Positions 25,948 to 32,000 of a stretch of 32,000 nucleotides of DNA are shown here, one piece after another. The stretch lies in NCBI GenBank assembly GCA_963675515.1, contig OY776328.1, forward strand, positions 450,001-482,000, written 5' to 3'. Origin of the DNA: Coprobacillaceae bacterium (lineage in GTDB: Bacteria > Bacillota_I > Bacilli_A > Erysipelotrichales > Coprobacillaceae). Below the pieces are notes generated by a model that worked only from the letters and a program-made list of their open reading frames with translations, was not told where the DNA came from and did no database searches. The translations under genes were made by a program, and so were the position numbers. Positions within the stretch are counted from its first letter, which is position 1. Each line of letters begins with the position of its first letter.

Positions 25948-26580
25948 ATGGAAAAATACATTATTACAATCTCAAGGGAATTTGGATGCAATGCGCGGGA
26001 AGTCGCAAGACAGCTGGCGGCAAGACTCAATGTCAAACTTTACGACCAGGAACTGGTCGACATGACTGCAAGAAAAGCGGGACTGAATGTCGATTTTGTC
26101 AAGAGTGCCGATGAAAAGCTGCAAAAAAGCAGCAACTCGTTCATCCAGTACTTCGGGTACGGATCGTCGACCGAATTCTACAGCGAAAAAGCGGTCAACG
26201 CCCAAATTGACGTTATCCGCGAAATCGCAAACAAAAACGAACCTTGCATCTTGTTTGGACGCTGCGGGGACTTTGTATTGCGCGAGTATCCAAATGTTCT
26301 TAAGATTTACCTTTATGCACCAGAATCGGCTCGAATCGCCCATATCGCGATGGATTATGAACTGACCATGCAAAATGCGATCAAGCTGATCCAGCGGGTC
26401 GACAAGCAGAAGAGAAACTACTACAATTTTGTGACGGGTCACAACCGGGAAGACCTCAAGGAAAAAGACGTGATGATCGATGTCAACACTTATGGTATCG
26501 ATGGGACTGTCGACCTGATTGTCAAGGCACTTGAAATATTCAAGACTGCCAAAGGCGGGTTGTCGAGTGAGACGAACTGA
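25948..26580 (+). CDS. Cytidylate-kinase-like family protein (Cytidylate_kin2-type, function unknown)
   Basis: Family-typical N-terminus IITISREFGCNAREVARQLAARLNVKLYDQELV. Later blocks are ILFGRCGDFVL and DKQKRNYYNFVTG. The usual GSGG of the family reads GCNA here. Confidence 0.7.
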   Translation: MEKYIITISREFGCNAREVARQLAARLNVKLYDQELVDMTARKAGLNVDFVKSADEKLQKSSNSFIQYFGYGSSTEFYSEKAVNAQIDVIREIANKNEPCILFGRCGDFVLREYPNVLKIYLYAPESARIAHIAMDYELTMQNAIKLIQRVDKQKRNYYNFVTGHNREDLKEKDVMIDVNTYGIDGTVDLIVKALEIFKTAKGGLSSETN

Positions 26581-27043
26581 CCGGCAGCTGGATCTGTCAT
26601 CCTGTCTGGGTGAGATTCTCGATGAATTGAAGGTCATCCGGATCGGCAGCTTTGATGAGTTGGGGCAATATATTGTCCCGCTCAACTATGGCTATGAAAC
26701 TTCCGGTGATGACTGCAGTTTCTATGTGCACTCGGCCAATTCCGGGCGCAAGGTGGCGATCTTTGACAGCGGTAAGAAAGTGGCTTTTGAACTCGATGGC
26801 CGCCATGAACTGACGACCGGTGAGAATGGCTGCGACTATTCTTTCAACTATATCTCGATCATCGGTGAAGCTGTTGTCGAGCCGATCAAAGATGAAGCCG
26901 ACAAGATCTTTGCGTTGGATTTGATAATGGGCCACTATGAAAAATCAAGGGACAAGGTTCCATTTTCAAAGCAAATGGTCGATGCGGTGAATGTCTACCG
27001 CCTTAAGGTCACCACCATGACAGGCAAACAACGGAACGTTTAG
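26567..27043 (+). CDS. Pyridoxamine-5'-phosphate-oxidase-like FMN-binding protein (split-barrel family)
   Basis: The family-typical start is (V)RRTDRQL.. and is followed by IVPLNYGYE, FYVHSANSGRK and YRLKVTTMTGKQ. I place the start at GTG 26567, overlapping the previous gene by 14 nt. The ORF-track ATG 26519 would add 16 non-homologous residues. Confidence 0.65.
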   Translation: MRRTDRQLDLSSCLGEILDELKVIRIGSFDELGQYIVPLNYGYETSGDDCSFYVHSANSGRKVAIFDSGKKVAFELDGRHELTTGENGCDYSFNYISIIGEAVVEPIKDEADKIFALDLIMGHYEKSRDKVPFSKQMVDAVNVYRLKVTTMTGKQRNV

Positions 27044-27074
27044 TCCCAAGAACAAACAAGTTTGGCTTGAATCC

Positions 27075-27108
27075 CATATATTATCCCTTGGCTCTGGGGT
27101 AATATATG
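27075..27108. promoter_or_regulatory. 13-bp-arm palindrome/hairpin in the only intergenic gap of the operon
   Basis: CATATATTATCCC (27075-27087), spacer ttggctct, GGGGTAATATATG (27096-27108). The arms are complementary except for one T.G position. No clear T-tract follows. It ends 25 nt before the ATG at 27134. Confidence 0.5.
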
Positions 27109-27133
27109 TCTTATCAATAAGGAGGAAGTTGAT

Positions 27134-28453
27134 ATGGAAGACTTCAAACAGATGCAAAAGGACTATGTGCTTCAATCATGGTCAAAACAAAAAAACATTA
27201 ATCCGTTAATGATCAAAAATACCAAAGGGATTTACCTTTACGATTTCGAAGGGAATCGCTACAGCGACATGTCAAGCCAGCTGGTCAATATGAACATCGG
27301 CCATGGCAACCAGAAAGTTATCGATGCGATCTGTGCACAGGCCCAGGAATATGCGTTCATCTCACCTTCATACGGTTCAGTGCCGCGGGCGAAGCTGGCC
27401 AAAAAGATCGTCGAATTGCTACCTGAGAGTTTTGGCAAGGTTTTCTTCACCAATGGCGGAGCCGATGCCAATGAAAATGCGATCAAGATCGCCAAGATGT
27501 ACACGCAACGTTTCAAGGTGTTTTCAAGATACCGCTCATATCATGGTTCGACATTTGGAGCGGGAAATGCGACCGGGGAACCGCGCCGGTTCGCTCTGGA
27601 GCCGGGAATTCCGGGATTCGTGAAATTCTTCGACCCATACATCTACCGCGAGCCGATTGAGTTCGAAAGCGAACAGCAGGCGACAAACTATTACCTGGCA
27701 AAGCTGCGGGAACAGATCGTCTATGAAGGTGGCACTACGGTGGCCGCAATCATTCTTGAAACGGTGACCGGATCCAACGGTGTCATCATCCCGCCTGAAG
27801 GATACCTGCCGGGTGTCAGAAAAATCTGCGACGAATTCGGGATCCTGATGATCTGCGATGAGGTCATGGCCGGATGGGGGCGGACCGGGAAAATGTTCTC
27901 GTTTGAAAATTTCGATGTTGTTCCCGATATCGTCACATTCGCAAAAGGTGTGACCTGCGGATACGTCCAGCTTGGCGGAGTGGCGGTTTCCAAGAAGATA
28001 GCCGAATTCTTCGATGACAATCAGCTTTCCTGTGGACTTACCTATTCGGGACATCCGATTGCCTGTGCCGCCGGTCTGGCAACGATCGATGTCTACAAAG
28101 ATGAGAAAATCCTGGAAAATGTCGCCATAGTCTCAGAGGTGCTAAAATACGAGCTGGAAGCAATGAAAGACAAATTTGCATGTGTCGGAGATGTCCGCTG
28201 CATCGGATTGTTCAGTGCGATCGAACTCGTCAAAGACAAAGCGACAAAAGAACCTTTGGTAAGTTACAATCACGACAGCGAGGCAATCATGCCAAAGATA
28301 ATCGGAATGTTGAAGGAGCGCGGATTCATGACGTATTCCCATGAAAACATGATCTTTGTCACCCCACCGCTGATCATCACTCAAGAGCAGTTGCTTGAAG
28401 AGCTGGCCAAGGTTGAAGAAGTTCTCAAAATAGTTGACGAGGAGATGATCTGA
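27134..28453 (+). CDS. Class-III PLP aminotransferase, omega-amino acid/taurine:pyruvate aminotransferase-like subgroup
   Basis: 439 aa with LQSWSKQ, NMNIGHGN, GGADANENAIKIAK and DEVMAGWGRTGKMFSFE. The PLP-Lys context is TFAKGVTCGY. It is clearly a different subgroup from the 22767-24119 enzyme. Confidence 0.85.
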   Translation: MEDFKQMQKDYVLQSWSKQKNINPLMIKNTKGIYLYDFEGNRYSDMSSQLVNMNIGHGNQKVIDAICAQAQEYAFISPSYGSVPRAKLAKKIVELLPESFGKVFFTNGGADANENAIKIAKMYTQRFKVFSRYRSYHGSTFGAGNATGEPRRFALEPGIPGFVKFFDPYIYREPIEFESEQQATNYYLAKLREQIVYEGGTTVAAIILETVTGSNGVIIPPEGYLPGVRKICDEFGILMICDEVMAGWGRTGKMFSFENFDVVPDIVTFAKGVTCGYVQLGGVAVSKKIAEFFDDNQLSCGLTYSGHPIACAAGLATIDVYKDEKILENVAIVSEVLKYELEAMKDKFACVGDVRCIGLFSAIELVKDKATKEPLVSYNHDSEAIMPKIIGMLKERGFMTYSHENMIFVTPPLIITQEQLLEELAKVEEVLKIVDEEMI

Positions 28454-28454
28454 T

Positions 28455-29576
28455 ATGGCTATAATCTTTCAAAACCCCAAAGTAAGCGTGGTCGGAGAAG
28501 ATGCCCTGCGAATGAGTTCTAAGTATCTGGTCGACTACGGCAAGAAGGCGTTCATCGTAACCGGAAAAAACGTATCAAGGACGCGGATCATGAGCGACCT
28601 TGCCTCGGTTCTTGATGAATGCGGCATCTCGCATTTCGTCTTTGACGATGTGGTTGGCGAGCCTACCGATGAGATCATAACCCAGGGAAGAAAGCTTTTT
28701 GAACTTAGCGGTTGTGATTTTATCATCGGAATCGGAGGCGGGAGTCCAATCGACTCAGCCAAGGCTATCGCCATTCCAACTGGCCGGCCGCTGGCATTCT
28801 ACATGAACAAGGAGATCGCCGGAGACCTTCCCAAGATTGTGGCGATTCCAACAACGGCGGGAACCGGAAGCGAAGCGACCAGGTTCACGGTCATAACCGA
28901 CGTCCAGACGACCACAAAAATGCTTCTAAAAGGGGACAAGCTGATTCCGGAACTGGCAGTGGTCGATCCAAAATACTGCATCACCGCTCCAGTTAATGTT
29001 ACCATCAATACCGCACTGGATGCCCTGACCCATGCCATCGAGTCATATCTGTCAGTCAAGGCAAACGAGATAACCGAAATGTTCTCACTTAAGGCAATCG
29101 AATGGATATTCGAATATCTTCCCAAAGTTCTTGCAGACGGGGATAATGTCGAATACCGCTATTATCTCTCGCTGGCTTCGTACCATGCCGGAACGGCAAT
29201 AAACAACGCTTCGGTAACCCTGGTCCATGGTATGTCAAGACCCCTTGGCGCCATTTACCACATTCCTCACGGCCTGTCGAACGCCCTCCTGTTGGAAGGA
29301 TGTCTCGATTATGTCAGCAGGGATCTCAAAGGTGAGTTCAAGGTTCTTGCCAAGACTATCGGTTCGAATGATTTCATGAGGGAATTGCACAAGCTCATTG
29401 AGCTATGCGATCTTCCTGATTTGAATCAACTGGGAATCGACAAGATGGATTTCGCATCAAAAATGGACAAAATGGCCAGCGATGCGATGGCCAGCGGATC
29501 TCCGGGGAATTCAAAAGCAAAAATCACAAAGGAAGCACTGATGGAAATCTATCAGGGATTCCTAGAAAAACAATAA
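28455..29576 (+). CDS. Iron-containing alcohol dehydrogenase (aldehyde reductase type)
   Basis: Motifs are GIGGGSPIDSAKAIA, PTTAGTGSEATRF, DALTHAIESY and VHGMSRPLGAIYHIPHGLSNA. The ATG is 1 nt after the aminotransferase stop. Confidence 0.88.
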   Translation: MAIIFQNPKVSVVGEDALRMSSKYLVDYGKKAFIVTGKNVSRTRIMSDLASVLDECGISHFVFDDVVGEPTDEIITQGRKLFELSGCDFIIGIGGGSPIDSAKAIAIPTGRPLAFYMNKEIAGDLPKIVAIPTTAGTGSEATRFTVITDVQTTTKMLLKGDKLIPELAVVDPKYCITAPVNVTINTALDALTHAIESYLSVKANEITEMFSLKAIEWIFEYLPKVLADGDNVEYRYYLSLASYHAGTAINNASVTLVHGMSRPLGAIYHIPHGLSNALLLEGCLDYVSRDLKGEFKVLAKTIGSNDFMRELHKLIELCDLPDLNQLGIDKMDFASKMDKMASDAMASGSPGNSKAKITKEALMEIYQGFLEKQ

Positions 29577-29591
29577 GTTGGGGATAAAAAA

Positions 29592-30725
29592 ATGGGCATA
29601 ACACTTAGAGAGTTGAGTGAAGAAGGAAGAAACACTTATAAGATGCAACAAAAATCCTGCAGCCGATCGCTCAATCGCCAGGTCGCCTGGGTCCACATCA
29701 TCGAGGATCTGGAAGTTGCTAACTTCCTGCATGGCGGGGAGCTGGTGTTCACTACAGGAATCGCCCGGAAAGACGAGCTATGGCTGGGACAATTCGTGGA
29801 AAATCTTAACAGCGCCAATGCCGCGGGACTGGTAGTCAACACCGGACCGTACATCGACAGGATCGATGGTGCGGTTGTCGAATTGGCCGAACGTCTGGAT
29901 TTCCCGATCTTCTCTCTGCCTTGGAATGTGCGGCTGGTAGATGTCACTAAGAATTTCTGCGACAAGATCATCCTTTCCAACAAGCGGGAGGAAAGCATTG
30001 GAGATCTGTTCAAAAGTTACGTCCATAAAAAATCAGACGACGCATTTACCCGGATCAAGGAACGTGGCTTCGACCTGAACGGCGAATACCTTGTGTACGG
30101 ATTCAAGATTTTTGCAAACGAAGCCACTTATCACGCCCAGGTGCGACTTAAGCTGAACATCCACCAGATATTCCTTGATCTCAACTTGAACTTTGCCCAC
30201 TTCAATGAGGGAAACACCTTGTATTATGTGATTGAAAACCTGACGCAAAAACAGGAGAAGGATATCAATGTTTGGCTTCAGGATATCGACTCCGCCATCA
30301 GGTTCCAGACTTACGTCTCGAAGCACAATGACAGCATCTTCAACCTGCCGGCCAACTACTGGAAAATTTCCGGGGCGATCGGTTCGAGCTACGATGGCGA
30401 CTTCTACAGCTACGACGATCTGGGAGTAGAGAAACTGCTGCTTGCAATCAGCAAGAAGGATGAACTCAAGACATACTTCGACGGCCTTGTGAGACCATTG
30501 ATCGAATACGACAGGCAAAACGGAACCGCCTATTACGAATTGTTGGATTTCTATATCAACTCCAACTGTTCGCTTCAAAAAGTGGCTGAAGAATTTTACT
30601 TGCACAAGAATACGATCAATTATCAGCTGAAGAAAATCAGCTCCATAATTGATCTTGACATATCGAGTTTTGAAAACCGGGTACAGTTATTTATTATTTT
30701 TAAAATAGATAAGATTATAAACTAG
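29592..30725 (+). CDS. PucR-family transcriptional regulator
   Basis: The N-terminal PucR/PurC-like sensor region has VAWVHIIEDLEVANFLHGGELVFTTG. The C-terminal PucR-type HTH reads LQKVAEEFYLHKNTINYQLKKI. Confidence 0.8.
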   Translation: MGITLRELSEEGRNTYKMQQKSCSRSLNRQVAWVHIIEDLEVANFLHGGELVFTTGIARKDELWLGQFVENLNSANAAGLVVNTGPYIDRIDGAVVELAERLDFPIFSLPWNVRLVDVTKNFCDKIILSNKREESIGDLFKSYVHKKSDDAFTRIKERGFDLNGEYLVYGFKIFANEATYHAQVRLKLNIHQIFLDLNLNFAHFNEGNTLYYVIENLTQKQEKDINVWLQDIDSAIRFQTYVSKHNDSIFNLPANYWKISGAIGSSYDGDFYSYDDLGVEKLLLAISKKDELKTYFDGLVRPLIEYDRQNGTAYYELLDFYINSNCSLQKVAEEFYLHKNTINYQLKKISSIIDLDISSFENRVQLFIIFKIDKIIN

Positions 30726-30739
30726 GAGGAAGAAAGATT

Positions 30740-31660
30740 ATGAAGAAGTTGAAATTTTTATCGACAGCATTGGCATTATCGATGTTTGTGACCGGATGCG
30801 GTTCAAGCGGGACGGATTCATCTAGCACCACTTCAAAAGATTATGATAACACTTATTGCGTTGACGGCACTCCGTCAACAAAACTTACCGAGCTTCGTGA
30901 GTCGGGGACTTTGGTGGTCGGATCGTCAGGCGATGCGCCGTTTGCCTACATCGATCAGGATACCGGGGAATTCAGCGGAGTTGATGCCGAAATCATCATC
31001 GAAGCTGCCCACCGTTTGGGAATCGAAAATGTTGAAATGAGCCTTATTCCATTCTCTGAGTTGATCTTGAATGTCAACTCAGGCAATATCGATGTAATTG
31101 CGGACTGCATGTACGTAAGAGCGGACCGCGCTGAAAAAATCTACTTCGGTGACATCTGGTATACTCAAGGTGGAGGACTGCTTGTAGGTGAGGACAGTGG
31201 GATTTCTTCAGTCGAAGACTTCGATCCAAGCTCTACAGTTGTCGGATATACTGCAGGAACAGTGTTCACCGATGTTGTACTGCAATGGAAAGAAGATGGA
31301 TTGATCAAGGATGCGGTAGCGACCGGAGACCAATCGGAATCGATCACTGCTTTGACATTTGACAAAATCGACGCCTTCTTGACAGATGGAACAGTATTGG
31401 AAAACCTGTTCGCAAACTACCCTGACACAGTCAAAGGATTGAAACTGGCGGAAAATTATGAATCAGACCCTTCATTGATTGGTCGCATCGCACCTTCAGT
31501 GTCATTCGAAGACAAGGACTTCATGGCTGAAATCAACAACGCAGTTGCGGCAATCCGTGAAGACGGTCAAATCGAGACTTACTTCGAAAAATACGGACTG
31601 GATCCTTCATTGCATATGATCACCAATGATGAAAGATTCCATGACATCAACACCCAATAA
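30740..31660 (+). CDS. ABC transporter substrate-binding lipoprotein (SBP family 3, amino-acid/compatible-solute type)
   Basis: Lipobox FVTGC followed by an S/T-rich tether. Family-3 pattern: LVVGSSGDAPFAYIDQDTGEFSGVDAEII..SGNIDVIADCMYVRADR. AGGAGG lies upstream. It is the only SBP gene available for the 24491-25945 ATPase and permease. Confidence 0.85.
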   Translation: MKKLKFLSTALALSMFVTGCGSSGTDSSSTTSKDYDNTYCVDGTPSTKLTELRESGTLVVGSSGDAPFAYIDQDTGEFSGVDAEIIIEAAHRLGIENVEMSLIPFSELILNVNSGNIDVIADCMYVRADRAEKIYFGDIWYTQGGGLLVGEDSGISSVEDFDPSSTVVGYTAGTVFTDVVLQWKEDGLIKDAVATGDQSESITALTFDKIDAFLTDGTVLENLFANYPDTVKGLKLAENYESDPSLIGRIAPSVSFEDKDFMAEINNAVAAIREDGQIETYFEKYGLDPSLHMITNDERFHDINTQ

Positions 31661-31671
31661 TCATCAAAAAG

Positions 31672-31702
31672 GAAAACAGCCCCGATTCAAGGAGCTGTTT
31701 TC
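31672..31702. terminator. Bidirectional terminator between the SBP gene and the convergent DUF89 gene
   Basis: gaaaacagc (31672-31680) / gctgttttc (31694-31702) is a 9-bp stem. The flanks are A/T-rich. Confidence 0.75.
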
Positions 31703-31710
31703 TTTGCCGG

Positions 31711-32000
31711 TCAGTCATTATTGCGATCATGAAGATTGGCGCAGACAATATCGTACATATTGAGATTCAAGGGATCGCCGACCAGCTCACATTTCACCAT
31801 GAACAGGAAAAAAAGCTTATTCGAACAATCAGCCATCAGTGACTCAAGGTTGCCTTGGCCTTTGGAAATTATGATATCGGCCTGGTCGAACGATTTTTTG
31901 AACGTATCGGAGACGCGGTTGAGTACGGTCCCCAAGGATGAGTCGCCGTTGTCGATGACGTGGCAGATTCCATCCAGTCCGACCTCCATGACATCTGCCA
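31711..32000 (-). CDS. DUF89 (ARMT1-like damage-control phosphatase) family protein, C-terminal part; N-terminus outside the window
   Basis: The C-terminal DUF89 pattern ADIIISKGQGNLESL is present. The frame stays open beyond the listed ATG (31989) to the window edge. Confidence 0.55.
   Translation of the reverse strand, partial: ADVMEVGLDGICHVIDNGDSSLGTVLNRVSDTFKKSFDQADIIISKGQGNLESLMADCSNKLFFLFMVKCELVGDPLNLNMYDIVCANLHDRNND

Noticed and set aside
25972-26685. 237-aa minus-strand ORF, and other long antisense ORFs at 9449-9988, 15161-15796, 27536-28054, 30033-30605, 17990-18433 and 18559-19059
   Set aside because: Each is fully nested opposite a confidently identified gene. None has an RBS or a family resemblance. 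They are consistent with stop-codon-poor antisense frames.
1-32000. Search for mobile elements, prophage, CRISPR, toxin-antitoxin or defence systems
   Set aside because: I saw no transposase, integrase or recombinase. I saw no terminal inverted repeats, spacer-repeat arrays, restriction/methylase genes, or nuclease/helicase/NTPase defence-type ORFs. The accessory half is metabolic and bounded by ordinary terminators.

Overview
This is a chromosomal segment from a cell-walled Bacillota (Firmicutes)-type bacterium with the standard genetic code. I saw no rRNA, tRNA, CRISPR array, transposase, integrase or recognisable defence genes. Positions 1-16.2 kb are conserved housekeeping genes in a Bacillus-like order. 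They run nth | ponA-recU (minus strand) | gpsB | RNase P RNA (rnpB, invisible to the ORF track) | rodZ-like-pgsA-cinA(PncC domain)-recA | rny | ymdB | a polar amino-acid ABC transporter | an orphan 78-aa gene | miaB-ricA(ymcA)-like-guaB. Positions 16.2-32 kb are accessory metabolism. They start with a Sec/lipoprotein-type molybdopterin-oxidoreductase domain protein and a tiny overlapping membrane partner. Next comes a PRD/EII-domain regulator with a fructose-family PTS whose EIIC gene is broken at a perfect 30-bp tandem duplication. The most system-like feature is two non-identical class-III aminotransferase + iron-alcohol-dehydrogenase modules placed divergently around a split amino-acid ABC importer. 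That locus also holds a cytidylate-kinase-like protein, a PNPOx-like flavoprotein and a PucR-family regulator. I read it as a candidate omega-amine 'import, deaminate, reduce' (nitrogen-scavenging or fermentative) island whose substrates cannot be named from sequence alone. The window ends in a partial DUF89 gene. All calls rest on motif recognition and gene context by eye; no database search was run.
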